Counted from the first letter of the stretch, positions 19,335 to 28,870 are shown. The stretch: DNA of 64,000 bases from a virus (IMGVR_UViG_3300017752_000004:9135-73134); one strand, 5' to 3'. Numbers and translations are program-made. Notes: generated by a model not told the origin, from the letters alone.

Positions 19335-20404
19335 AGTACTTTTTTAACAACGTCGCAAATTTGTTTAATTTCGGCATCTTTTAATTCTGGAAAAGACGGA
19401 AGCATAATAACTTTTTTATTAACATCTGCGGCATTTTCGTACACCTCGTTTGAAGCGTAAGGTTTCATAGAGTTGACTGGATAAAACATCGGCCTTGTGT
19501 CTATGCCTTTTTTATTTAAATTTTCTTTTATTTCCTTAATTTTTGAGGAGTATATGGCAAACATCCAATTGGAGTGTTTTGCACCAACTGTCGTTTCTTG
19601 TAATTTTAAATTTTCTCCAATAGAGGAATTAAGGTTTTCTCTGTATGTATTGAATACTCTATCTTTTTCTGATAAAATTTCTTTGATTCTAAGCATTTGA
19701 GCATAGCCTAGAGCAGCTTGTATATTAGTCATTCTATAGTTATATCCAATATCACCGTGAATGTAAGTCTCATCTTGAGCTTGCCCTTTTAGGTATTTAA
19801 CTTTTTCAAAAATACTAGCGTCATTTGTGGTGATCATGCCGCCTTCGCCAGTAGTCAGATTTTTATTGCCAAAAAAACTAAACGCCGCACACTTGCCAAG
19901 TATGCCTGTTTTTTCACCATTTAAAGATGCCCCAATAGATTCGCATGCATCTTCTATGCATAATATGTTATTTTCTTTGCACCACTCATATATTTCTTTG
20001 CCACATGGGTTACCTAACATATGAACCAAGAAAACAGCTTTTGTTTTTTTTGTTACCTTCTTTTTGATTTCGTTAAGAGATATGTTCCATGTATTTTTGT
20101 CTATGTCGGCTAGAATTGGCGTAGCGTTACAGTACTTAACTGCATTTGCGCATGCAATAAAAGTTGAAGCTGGGATTATAACTTCGTCCCCCCTCTTAAT
20201 TCCATTGCTGAGTAGGGATAAATGACAAGCCGATGTTCCGCTATTCAAGGATACAGAGTATTTAGATCCAATAAATTTACTAAATTCATTTTCAAATAAA
20301 TTTACATACTCTCCTATGGAAGAAAACCAACCTGAGTCAACGGCATCTTGGAGAACGTCTCTTTCTACTTTTGTTATCCAGGGTTTGTAAATTGGTATTC
20401 TCAT
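19331..20404 (-). CDS. per: DegT/DnrJ/EryC1 PLP aminotransferase, GDP-perosamine synthase-like
   Basis: SGTSACHL, IEDACESIG, SFFGNKNLTTGEGGM, GYNYRMTNIQAA, RPMFYP; two genes upstream of gmd in the same run. Confidence 0.85.
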   Translation of the reverse strand: MRIPIYKPWITKVERDVLQDAVDSGWFSSIGEYVNLFENEFSKFIGSKYSVSLNSGTSACHLSLLSNGIKRGDEVIIPASTFIACANAVKYCNATPILADIDKNTWNISLNEIKKKVTKKTKAVFLVHMLGNPCGKEIYEWCKENNILCIEDACESIGASLNGEKTGILGKCAAFSFFGNKNLTTGEGGMITTNDASIFEKVKYLKGQAQDETYIHGDIGYNYRMTNIQAALGYAQMLRIKEILSEKDRVFNTYRENLNSSIGENLKLQETTVGAKHSNWMFAIYSSKIKEIKENLNKKGIDTRPMFYPVNSMKPYASNEVYENAADVNKKVIMLPSFPELKDAEIKQICDVVKKVL

Positions 20405-20658
20405 TTTTTATATTTAAACCATACAGCAAGCATTACTATAGCTGATAGTAAACTAAGTCCGTAATTAATCAACCACCAAAAATCAAACCCAATTCTTAGG
20501 ATAGTATAATATATGGCAGAAATATAACCCACAATAGAAAGTATAAAAAGAGAAAGGCTTACATCTTCTACTTTTTTTGTTTTGATACTTTTTATTATTT
20601 GAGGCCAAATGCAAGTGCTAAAACAAACAGTATAAACTAACCCTAAGAATTGTTCCAT
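20401..20658 (-). CDS. SemiSWEET/PQ-loop three-helix transporter
   Basis: WPQIIKSIKTKKVEDVS, three hydrophobic segments, conserved N in the third helix. Confidence 0.8.
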   Translation of the reverse strand: MEQFLGLVYTVCFSTCIWPQIIKSIKTKKVEDVSLSLFILSIVGYISAIYYTILRIGFDFWWLINYGLSLLSAIVMLAVWFKYKK

Positions 20659-21320
20659 TCAAGCGCCTCCGATAACGTGGGAAATTTATCCAAGAAAATA
20701 CGCTTGCAGCCTTCGGCTATTTGACGGTGTTCTTTTTGTGTTTCTTCTTGAGCGCGGAGATCAATGTAATGAATCCAGCTGCGCAGAGAACCAGACATAT
20801 ACATTGTTGTCTCTGTAGATAGCGGCAAAAGCATTCTAGCGCTTTCTCTAGCGACTCCAGCGTTTATTAGCCTTTCGTAGGTTTTAAAAGCAAAATCAGT
20901 AAAGTCTTCAATGATGTAAGAAGCTGGCCGACTCATTTCGGCGAAGCATTCATCCATGATAACTGGGTCAACTGTCTCGTTACCAACCTGTCTATTCGTT
21001 TCTCCTTGTTTTCTAAGCTCAATAGGACAGAAATTTAAGGCTTCGGAATATCTTTGACTAAACTCTTGGAAGGAAAAAGATCGGTGTCTAAGAATTTGAG
21101 CAGCGATAGCTCGACTCGTTTTGATTTCCAATGTCATTGATGCCATTTCAAATGGCGACCAATGCTTATGCTTGATTAAGTATTTTAAAAGCTTCGGTGC
21201 TGTTTCTGTGTTTAGCTGATTGCTTGGGTTGCTGACGCGAGCGCAATAAGCGACAAGGTCTTCTGCGTTTTTTACCCCTTTAATTTCAGGCTTAGAAATG
21301 GATATTAATTTTACTGACAT
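20643..21320 (-). CDS. thyX: Flavin-dependent thymidylate synthase
   Basis: HWSPFE, RHRSFSFQEFSQRY, ESARMLLP, RSWIHY, TQKEH. Confidence 0.96.
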   Translation of the reverse strand: MSVKLISISKPEIKGVKNAEDLVAYCARVSNPSNQLNTETAPKLLKYLIKHKHWSPFEMASMTLEIKTSRAIAAQILRHRSFSFQEFSQRYSEALNFCPIELRKQGETNRQVGNETVDPVIMDECFAEMSRPASYIIEDFTDFAFKTYERLINAGVARESARMLLPLSTETTMYMSGSLRSWIHYIDLRAQEETQKEHRQIAEGCKRIFLDKFPTLSEALEWNNS

Positions 21321-21334
21321 CCATATATGCTATC

Positions 21335-21544
21335 TTAAGTATGGTTTTTGTCAATAGATATATACGCATCTCTAGATTTTTTCCACTCAGATCTATGCTT
21401 TTTTATCCAAGTTAGCAGTGCTACTTCAAACCCTATATCTTTTCCTTTTTTTTTAGACTCTATCCATTTAAGTTCTAAAATTTCATCTCTTTCTGCTAGA
21501 AACTCCTTATATAGACTAGACCCTGTTGGAAAATTATAATTCAT
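21335..21544 (-). CDS. DUF4032-like small protein
   Basis: EILELKWIESKKKGKDIGFEVALLTW. Confidence 0.65.
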   Translation of the reverse strand: MNYNFPTGSSLYKEFLAERDEILELKWIESKKKGKDIGFEVALLTWIKKHRSEWKKSRDAYISIDKNHT

Positions 21545-22428
21545 TAATCTTCATCCTGAATTTCTTTGACTTCAGCGAGGGAAGGGTTGATTTCAAGTAG
21601 GAAGGCATCGGATTCTAATTCTGCTTGTACTTTCTTGCCCGCTCTCCACTGCCTACAGGACCAATATCTCGCTTTATATTTAGGCCCAGGATTTGTATCG
21701 CATTGATGTCTAGCTCTAAATGATTTACGTCTCGCTGGGTCGTCTCTTTTGATTTCCATATTTGGATCTCCAAAGGTGACTTTTACAACATTGCCTTTGT
21801 CATTTTTTACATATACGCCAAATTTCTTTTTAGAACCTTTTGGAAGTCTGAATGGTTTATTTAAAGTTTTATTTTCCGCTTCTGTTTCGCACTCCCAATC
21901 TTCAGATTCTGAGTATTCTAATATTTCTGTGTCTGATATTTTCGAAGCTAAAAGGTCTATCTTGGCTAAGGCTAATTCTACTTTTGAATAATCGTCAAAC
22001 ATCGACTCGATTGTCAGGTCTAAAATTTCTTCTTCTGATGCTTTAGCTACGTCTTGGTCTGCCTTACGATAAGAGTCTTTTACCTTTCCGCCTTTTACCA
22101 TTTTTAAGAACATATTAACACGAGCCATCGCCCAGCTACCTCTTGTTTGTCCTGGTCTGTGTGAAGTGGAAAAAGCCCCTGCGCCCCTGCGATAAATCTT
22201 TTTAAGCATACCTAGGGTGACTTTTTTGCTAGATTTTTCGTTATGCTCTTTTACTTTGTTTTTGAGTGAAACTGTAACTTTCTCGCTAAAGGTGATTGCG
22301 CCAGCCGCAGAACCTGGCTCGTTTACGGAGGAGCCTCTTTTTTTTTCTTCTTTTTCCGCTGGTGTTTGTGCGGCGCTTTTGGGGCCTGAGCGATCAGCTT
22401 GAAGTTGTTTTGAGAAATCTAGTTCCAT
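21544..22428 (-). CDS. Basic two-domain phage protein, possibly head-associated and DNA-binding
   Basis: RRGAGAFSTSHRP...WAMARVN domain plus KFGVYVK...FGDP...RKSFRARH.C...YWSC domain, both recurrent in viruses; GTGTAA upstream. Confidence 0.6.
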   Translation of the reverse strand: MELDFSKQLQADRSGPKSAAQTPAEKEEKKRGSSVNEPGSAAGAITFSEKVTVSLKNKVKEHNEKSSKKVTLGMLKKIYRRGAGAFSTSHRPGQTRGSWAMARVNMFLKMVKGGKVKDSYRKADQDVAKASEEEILDLTIESMFDDYSKVELALAKIDLLASKISDTEILEYSESEDWECETEAENKTLNKPFRLPKGSKKKFGVYVKNDKGNVVKVTFGDPNMEIKRDDPARRKSFRARHQCDTNPGPKYKARYWSCRQWRAGKKVQAELESDAFLLEINPSLAEVKEIQDED

Positions 22429-22457
22429 ACCTATATATTACACTTTTTTTAAAAAAT

Positions 22458-22745
22458 CTAACCCCATATTTTGTAAGCTATAATTGCGGCAACAGATGTC
22501 AGCAGTCCGCTCATAAAGACCCAAGTTATTTTACTGAACCCATTCATAAATGCCCTAGTCTCAGCGGTTGATTTTTCCATTTCCATTATCCTTGAGTTCA
22601 TATCTTCGATTTTTTTAAAAAGAACATCGGTTAAAGTCCCTAGTTGAATTAGCTTCTCTTCGGCTCTAGCTATAGAGATGATGGCGTCTGATAATTTATC
22701 AACCTTTTCCTCTATTCGGGTTAGTCTATCTGATTTTTCTGTCAT
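22458..22745 (-). CDS. XhlA-like or holin-like coiled-coil protein with a C-terminal TM helix
   Basis: RLTRIEEKVDKL coiled coil, hydrophobic C-terminus. Confidence 0.5.
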   Translation of the reverse strand: MTEKSDRLTRIEEKVDKLSDAIISIARAEEKLIQLGTLTDVLFKKIEDMNSRIMEMEKSTAETRAFMNGFSKITWVFMSGLLTSVAAIIAYKIWG

Positions 22746-22891
22746 TAATATTAATTACACTAAATTATTGAAAATCTTTTAGAAAAGAAGTATTATAAGT
22801 GCCTGCTGCCGCACAAGTGTTTACACTTTTTAATCGATTGGCATTAAAATAAAAAATTTATGATTTTGACGTTTTATAAGCAGTTAGAAAC

Positions 22892-22931
22892 ACAAAAAAA
22901 CGATTGAGCATATAGCAGCAATCGTTTTGTG
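22892..22931 (-). terminator. Intrinsic terminator after nrdA
   Basis: ACGATTG...CAATCGT stem followed by a T-run on the minus strand. Confidence 0.55.
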
Positions 22932-22954
22932 TTATTTTATGTTAAAGGGCTGTA

Positions 22955-24601
22955 TTAGCCAGAGCAAGATTCACATTCGAGTAGATTTCTACTCAACTCT
23001 TGTGACGGATTTGTGCCTCTCTGGTAATAAAGGCTTTTGATACCTTGTTCCCAAGCAAAAATCATCAGTTGGCTTACATCCTTTGGTGATGATTTGGGAT
23101 GAATCATAATATTTAAGCTTTGAGCTTGGTCAATGAACTTTTGGCGTTGAGCAGCTTGGATTAAAACTTCTTTTTGGCTGATTTCTCCAAATGTTTTGAA
23201 TACGTCTTTTTCCTCTTCGTTTAGGAAGTCCAAGTGTTGGACTGAGCCTCCGCTCACCAATACTGATTTCCATATTTCTGGGGTATTTTTTTCGTATTTT
23301 TCTAGCAAATTTTCTAGGTGTGGGTTTTTATAAGTGAACTTTCCCTTAGCCAAATCCTTTACAAAATAATTACTGTTCAGGGGTTCGATGCTAGGCGAAA
23401 CTTGACCAAGAATAAAAGAACTGGATGTAGTTGGGGCAATAGCCATTGTAGTTACATTCCTCATTCCATACCCCTTTAGTAGTTCTGGTTCGCCATAAAC
23501 TAAAGCCAATTGTTTGGATGCTTCTTGGGTTTTTTCAAAAATTAATTTATGAATTTCTGAGTTTAATAGTTTTGCGTCGAAAGACTCAAACGGGATCATC
23601 TTAGATTGTAGGAACGAATGCCAGCCAAGCACACCAATACCAAGCGCTCTTTGGCGTTCTCCAAATTTAGCTGGAGCCTCCATGAATGGTAGTTTCTCAC
23701 ATTTTTCAATAAACTCAGTCATAACCGAATCAAGGAAATATGTTAAAATTTCTGGAGCATCAGTATCTTTCCATTCGTCGTAGTGAAGCAAATTCATCGA
23801 GGAAAGGTTACAAACAAAAGACTCGTCTTCGTTTGAATGCAGTGCTATCTCCGAACAAAGATTACTGGCATGAATTTTCAATCCTTTGTCTTGATAGACT
23901 TGTGGGGAGTTGTTATTCATGTTATCTGAAAAGAAAATATAAGGATACCCGCTCTCGAAACGCTTCTTAATGATTGCGCCCCAAATTTTTCTCTTGTCTT
24001 TGTCTCCAGCCAGCATTTCCTTCATCCATTCGTCGGTAATAGTTACCCCAATAGAGAGATTTTGAATAGTGTTGCCGTCACCCCTGATCTTCAAAAATTC
24101 CAAAACATCTGGGTGCTCAACGGGAAGGTACGCAGCAAAACTACCCCTACGAACGTTTGACTGGGAAACAACATTTGAGATTGTTTCAAAGATCTCCATG
24201 AAGTGTACGGGGCCGTTAGACTTACCGCCGCTATTGATATCTGCGCCCCTTTCTCTTAGATCGCCAAAGTAGCCAGACGTTCCTCCTCCAGCTTTTGTCA
24301 TCATTCCAACTTCAGCGGCTTTGTCCAAAATTCCATCCATCTTATCTGAGATGTATGAGCCAAAACAAGAGATAGGAAGCCCACGCTCTAGTCCGAAGTT
24401 TGCCCAGATTGGGCTAGATAAACTAAACCAACCTCTTGACATATAATCTTCAAACTTATCAGCAAAGCCTGGGATGCCTAGCGTTTTTTGGGCAGCCCCC
24501 GCTATCTCTTTAATTCTCCCCTCTGGCGTTTGGTCGCCTTGAAGGTAACCGCGCTTGAGAAAAGTTTTTGAATCTTTGTTTAACCAGTAATATTTTTGCA
24601 T
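22955..24601 (-). CDS. nrdA: Class I ribonucleotide reductase alpha subunit, no ATP cone
   Basis: PISCF, GGGTS, RRGS, SNLCSE, VCNLSS, IAPTTSS, SLYY, CESCSG; probable start MQKYYWLN at 24601. Confidence 0.95.
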   Translation of the reverse strand: MQKYYWLNKDSKTFLKRGYLQGDQTPEGRIKEIAGAAQKTLGIPGFADKFEDYMSRGWFSLSSPIWANFGLERGLPISCFGSYISDKMDGILDKAAEVGMMTKAGGGTSGYFGDLRERGADINSGGKSNGPVHFMEIFETISNVVSQSNVRRGSFAAYLPVEHPDVLEFLKIRGDGNTIQNLSIGVTITDEWMKEMLAGDKDKRKIWGAIIKKRFESGYPYIFFSDNMNNNSPQVYQDKGLKIHASNLCSEIALHSNEDESFVCNLSSMNLLHYDEWKDTDAPEILTYFLDSVMTEFIEKCEKLPFMEAPAKFGERQRALGIGVLGWHSFLQSKMIPFESFDAKLLNSEIHKLIFEKTQEASKQLALVYGEPELLKGYGMRNVTTMAIAPTTSSSFILGQVSPSIEPLNSNYFVKDLAKGKFTYKNPHLENLLEKYEKNTPEIWKSVLVSGGSVQHLDFLNEEEKDVFKTFGEISQKEVLIQAAQRQKFIDQAQSLNIMIHPKSSPKDVSQLMIFAWEQGIKSLYYQRGTNPSQELSRNLLECESCSG

Positions 24602-24715
24602 TAGATTTTTTTCTTTTTGTAAATTAGCTTTTGCCCAAAGAGGCTGTAAGTTTGTATAGTTAAAGCATAATAACTGATCTTGTTCTTTTGTCAAGATAAA
24701 GAATGCGCAGGGTTT
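24602..24715 (-). pseudogene. Remnant of an HNH (endonuclease VII-like) homing endonuclease
   Basis: Translates as KPCAFFILTKEQDQLLCFNYTNLQPLWAKANLQK, the C-terminal motif of this HNH family, without the upstream HxDH. Confidence 0.7.
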
Positions 24716-24744
24716 TTCTTTTTTTGCATTTATTGCGCCGCTTC

Positions 24745-25716
24745 TTAAAACAGGTCATCTTCGTTGAAACTTCTATCCTTTTTTGAGTATTCTACTGGGC
24801 GTTTAAAAAAGAAGTCTGTCGCGCTGTTTCCCAAAACATCTTCCGAAAACCAAATTGTTTTATCTACGACTTCCTTATCAACGTCAAAAACCTCATCCAC
24901 GCCAATTTGTTTTAATGATTCGTTGAGTCTGTTTTTAATAAATTCTTTCAAGATGTCGGCGCTGATATTTTCTTTTGAGTAATCGCCCACAATCCAGTCA
25001 ATAATTTTTGACTCAGCCTCAAAAGCGCAAACGGCTTCTTCTTTTAATCGAGAAATAAGATCGTCATCAAAAATCTCTGGATATTCTTCCCTTAAAACAT
25101 TAACTATTTTTGTGCCTACCTTTGCGTGGATATCTTCTTCTTTGCTTGTGTACGCAACTTGCTGAGCTGTGTCTTTTAGTAGGTTTTCGTATCGATTAAA
25201 CCAGTTGATGACATAAAATTGACTAAACAATGATACGTTTTCCACGAACAAAGTAAATAAAATCAAAGAATATACATACTGTTTCTTTTCGTCTTTGTAA
25301 CATTTATCGAGATACTTTCTCAAGTAATCAACTCTTCCTTTGATGATGTCGAGTTTAAGGTTTTCTTCAAAGGAGTCTTCTAACCCAAGAACGCTTAAAA
25401 GTCTTTCGTAAGCATTATTATGAATAACCTCAATGTTAGCCATAACGTAACCAAGATCAGTAATTCCTGGGTGTGGGAGATGTTCTCCAAGGTTTGCCCA
25501 AAACTTTTTAACAGAGACCTCGACCTGGCCAATAGCGGAAAGAGTTCTTTTCACCATCTCTCTTTCTTGGTCATTCATGGTTACCTTAAAATCTTGAACA
25601 TCTGATTGGAAATTAAATTCCTTGTCTGTCCAAAATCCATTATGCATGGCGTTTACAAAGTCCTCTGTCCAGGGATAGAGGTTCGGTTTTCTAGAGATTT
25701 GTTCTTCGAATAACAT
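24745..25716 (-). CDS. nrdB: Ribonucleotide reductase beta subunit
   Basis: FWTDKE, EVIHNNAY, VENVSLFSQF, EEDIH, DFFFKRPVEY; start MLFEEQ at 25716. Confidence 0.95.
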   Translation of the reverse strand: MLFEEQISRKPNLYPWTEDFVNAMHNGFWTDKEFNFQSDVQDFKVTMNDQEREMVKRTLSAIGQVEVSVKKFWANLGEHLPHPGITDLGYVMANIEVIHNNAYERLLSVLGLEDSFEENLKLDIIKGRVDYLRKYLDKCYKDEKKQYVYSLILFTLFVENVSLFSQFYVINWFNRYENLLKDTAQQVAYTSKEEDIHAKVGTKIVNVLREEYPEIFDDDLISRLKEEAVCAFEAESKIIDWIVGDYSKENISADILKEFIKNRLNESLKQIGVDEVFDVDKEVVDKTIWFSEDVLGNSATDFFFKRPVEYSKKDRSFNEDDLF

Positions 25717-25726
25717 ATGAATCAAT

Positions 25727-25969
25727 TTACACGATTGGGGCGGCATGTCAATTATTTTTAACAAATTTGCAAAAATATTTTTTTGTACTTGACTTTCCGT
25801 GTACTCGATGTAAAATAGAGTATGATTACGAATGAGCGGACGAAGGACGCGAATGAGTAATTATATAAGTATATATTAAATATTTAAAATATTTATAAGA
25901 TATTTAATAAATATATACAAGAACAAGCCAAAAGATTTGTCTTGACTTTTTTTTATTTTTAGGTATTCT
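25727..25969. promoter_or_regulatory. Divergent promoter region with a very AT-rich core
   Basis: Minus strand TTGACA(25746-25751)-N16-TAAATT; plus strand TTGACT-N16-TAAAAT (25789-25816) and TTGACT-N16-TATTCT (25942-25969). Confidence 0.6.
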
Positions 25970-25977
25970 CGTTAGAA

Positions 25978-26268
25978 ATGATTAAATTGGATAGTTCTAA
26001 AGAGAGTTTTTATTTCTGCACTACGGCTGGCTGGTCTACCGTAGTTCAAGCTAGCGATGAAAACAAAGCCGCAAGCGAGGCTATTACTAAGGGGATCGAC
26101 GTGCTAGAGGATCTAGCAGAAGTTTCTCCGTGCATAAGAGTAAAGAAAATTGAAGAAAGTTTTGAAGATAAAGACTTTCTGATTAGAATAGATAAAGTAT
26201 TCGCGGACATTGGGATGCATAAAGAATCTCGGTCGATTATAGAAATAATCAAAAACTTAAAAGGATGA
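25978..26268 (+). CDS. Hypothetical protein
   Basis: First ORF after the promoter, ATGA-coupled to the next gene. Confidence 0.6.
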   Translation: MIKLDSSKESFYFCTTAGWSTVVQASDENKAASEAITKGIDVLEDLAEVSPCIRVKKIEESFEDKDFLIRIDKVFADIGMHKESRSIIEIIKNLKG

Positions 26269-26849
26269 TTGGAATAGGCGGACTAGCTCGATCTGGCAAG
26301 GATACCCTTGCTAGTAATTTAAAGGAAATAATTAAAGAAGATTGGGAAATTGATGTAAAAATATTTTCTTTTGCTTTGCCTATGAAGTGCCAGTTGAATG
26401 ATTTGCTTAAAAGTCATTATCACCTTTCACCATTCACGGAAGACTCGGAAGAAAAAAAGATCATCAGACCAATTTTGGTTGCTCACGCAGAGCAAATGAA
26501 GCAAAGATTTGGAAAAGATATTTGGCTTAAAGAATTGTTAGGTACGATTCATAAAGATCTAAGATATAAGAATTTTTTCCCCATCATTTCTGATATAAGA
26601 TTTGATTTTGAGGTAGAGGCTATAAAAAACGAAAATGGTCAAGTTATTCACATAGCAAAAGAAGGCAGTGAGCCGCCAAATGAAATTGAAGCACTGAACA
26701 GCCCTCTAGTAGCCAAAGAGGCCGATTTAAACCATACTTGGCCAGCCTATGATTTAGATCAAGTAGATAAATGTATGGATCACGCGCATATTTTGTGGCA
26801 GATGTTAAAACAAACCCACGAAGAAAAATGGAAGAAGATCTATACTTAA
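26265..26849 (+). CDS. Deoxynucleoside monophosphate kinase
   Basis: GLARSGKDT, SFA..K, ISDIRFDFE. Confidence 0.85.
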   Translation: MIGIGGLARSGKDTLASNLKEIIKEDWEIDVKIFSFALPMKCQLNDLLKSHYHLSPFTEDSEEKKIIRPILVAHAEQMKQRFGKDIWLKELLGTIHKDLRYKNFFPIISDIRFDFEVEAIKNENGQVIHIAKEGSEPPNEIEALNSPLVAKEADLNHTWPAYDLDQVDKCMDHAHILWQMLKQTHEEKWKKIYT

Positions 26850-27385
26850 TAAATAAAGTAAAAGACGATAACGATACAGATTCAATTAACGAATTGATTG
26901 AAAGACATTCTGGGATTTACATCGACATGGTAAACAAATACATCCCAGACGCTATGGAGGGGCTTCATAAGGAAGATATTATGCAAGACAGGTCGTTTTG
27001 CATTTATGATGCCGCCCTTAATTTTGATCAAAAAAAGAACACTAAATTCAGCACTTACATTGGTAATTTAGCTAGATGGAAATGCTTGAATATTTACAAT
27101 AAAAACATCAAGTTTCCGCAGTCTTGTATTTCTGATGTTTTTGATGAACGAATTTCTTGCAGCTCTGAAATAAATAATATAGAAAAAAGAGAAAATATCG
27201 AAAACATCTTTAAAGCGCTAAATAAAATACCAGACAAAAGAGCTAGAAAAATTTTCAAAATGAGATACAAGGATAGTGAAAAACTAACACCTTGGAGAAA
27301 AATTGCGAAAAAACTTGACTTATCAATTCAAGGGTGTATAAACATACACAATAAAAATTTAACAGAAATAAAAAAATATGTATAG
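26828..27385 (+). CDS. sigma70-family sigma-like factor (regions 2 and 4)
   Basis: ELIERH, FDQKKNTKFSTY, C-terminal HTH WRKIAKKLDLSIQG. Confidence 0.8.
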   Translation: MEEDLYLINKVKDDNDTDSINELIERHSGIYIDMVNKYIPDAMEGLHKEDIMQDRSFCIYDAALNFDQKKNTKFSTYIGNLARWKCLNIYNKNIKFPQSCISDVFDERISCSSEINNIEKRENIENIFKALNKIPDKRARKIFKMRYKDSEKLTPWRKIAKKLDLSIQGCINIHNKNLTEIKKYV

Positions 27386-27782
27386 CAAAACAGTACTAGT
27401 AGGAAACCTCGCAAGAGATCCAGAATCACGCCAAGCAGGGGAAACGACTGTTACCCGTCTTGTTGTAGCAATTAACGACGCCTATTCTAAGGACAAGGTA
27501 TCTTATGTGGACGTAGAAGCCTGGGGCAAACTTGGTGAGATTTGCCAAAAGTATCTAACTAAGGGGCGACAAGCTCTGGTAGATGGTCGGCTAGTCCAAG
27601 ATGTATGGGTGAAGGATGGTCAAAAGCAGTCAAAGCTTTATGTAAAGGCTGACAATGTCCAATTTCTCGGAGGAAAGGGGGATAATCAAAAGGATGCGCC
27701 CCAAAGCTCAGCGCCATCAACTCCATCAACTCCATCAGCCCCAGCCTCACAATCAGGCTCGGACGAAGATATCCCATTCTAA
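27378..27782 (+). CDS. ssb: Single-stranded DNA-binding protein
   Basis: LVGNLARDPE, WGKLGE, KGRQALVDGRL, acidic tail DEDIPF. Confidence 0.95.
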   Translation: MYSKTVLVGNLARDPESRQAGETTVTRLVVAINDAYSKDKVSYVDVEAWGKLGEICQKYLTKGRQALVDGRLVQDVWVKDGQKQSKLYVKADNVQFLGGKGDNQKDAPQSSAPSTPSTPSAPASQSGSDEDIPF

Positions 27783-28870
27783 TGGATCTGATTGTAGAAT
27801 CGCCGATTAATTCTCTATCTTTCGGTAACGTGTCATACAACATCCTCCGCCAACTCTGGCGGAAGGGTGTTAACGTTATGTGGTTCCCGTTGGGCGGGAA
27901 TTCCGACTTTGGAGCTTTCGATAAAATTGATCCTGAATTTGGAAAATGGCTCCAATATTCAGCGAATAAAGCTAGTTCAAAAATTGACCCAGAAATGCCG
28001 TCTCTTAAACTTTGGCATTTGAACGGGTCTCAAAGTAGAATTGGCTCAAAACAAGCTTTGTATACTTTCTACGAACTTGATCAACCTACTGAAGCAGAGA
28101 TCAACTTAGCAAAATTCCAAGACTTAGTTTATTTTTCTAGCAATTATTCAGCTAATAAATTCAAAGAATTTGGCGTTAACGCTAAAGTTCTTCCAGTCGG
28201 GTTTGACGAGGATCTGCATAAAACAGGCAAACGATATCTAGACGCAAGCGTGACCCATTTCGGTTTAATGGGTAAGTTTGAAAAGAGGAAACATACAGAA
28301 AAAATCATTAAACTTTGGATCTCTAAGTTTGGAAACAATAATGCTTACCAGCTAAGCGTTTGCGTTACCAATCCTTTCTTTAAACAAGAAGAGATGAATA
28401 ACATGCTCTCTAACTGCTTAGGCGGCAAAAGATGTACTAATGTTAATTTTCTTCCTTACTTGAAAACAAATTCAGAGGTAAATGATTTTCTCAATGCAAT
28501 TGATATTGATTTAACTGGTTTGAGTGGCGCGGAGGGTTGGAATCTTCCAGCATTTAATGCCACCTGTTTAGGAAAGTGGTCTATTGTATTAAATGCAACA
28601 GCCCACAAAGACTGGGCTAATAATTCTAACTCAATTATTGTTGACTCAAATGGAATTGAGCCATGCTATGACGGAAAGTTTTTTCAAGAAGGCTCTGCCT
28701 TTAATCAAGGAAATATCTACACCTGGGATAGCGACGTTGTGGCACAAGCTATGGATGATGCTGTCTCAAAAAAGGGACAAAATAACACTAATGGAGAGCT
28801 TTTAAAAGAAGAGTTTTCGTACAGTCGCTCTGTAGACCGCTTGCTTAAAGGGGTTGAGGGTATTGCGTAA
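27782..28870 (+). CDS. GT4-like glycosyltransferase
   Basis: GKFEKRK, SGAEGWNLPAFNA. Confidence 0.8.
   Translation: MDLIVESPINSLSFGNVSYNILRQLWRKGVNVMWFPLGGNSDFGAFDKIDPEFGKWLQYSANKASSKIDPEMPSLKLWHLNGSQSRIGSKQALYTFYELDQPTEAEINLAKFQDLVYFSSNYSANKFKEFGVNAKVLPVGFDEDLHKTGKRYLDASVTHFGLMGKFEKRKHTEKIIKLWISKFGNNNAYQLSVCVTNPFFKQEEMNNMLSNCLGGKRCTNVNFLPYLKTNSEVNDFLNAIDIDLTGLSGAEGWNLPAFNATCLGKWSIVLNATAHKDWANNSNSIIVDSNGIEPCYDGKFFQEGSAFNQGNIYTWDSDVVAQAMDDAVSKKGQNNTNGELLKEEFSYSRSVDRLLKGVEGIA

Noticed and set aside
24602-24694. N-terminal extension of NrdA as a regulatory domain
   Set aside because: It matches an HNH C-terminal remnant and begins at TTG; ATG 24601 is the more plausible start.
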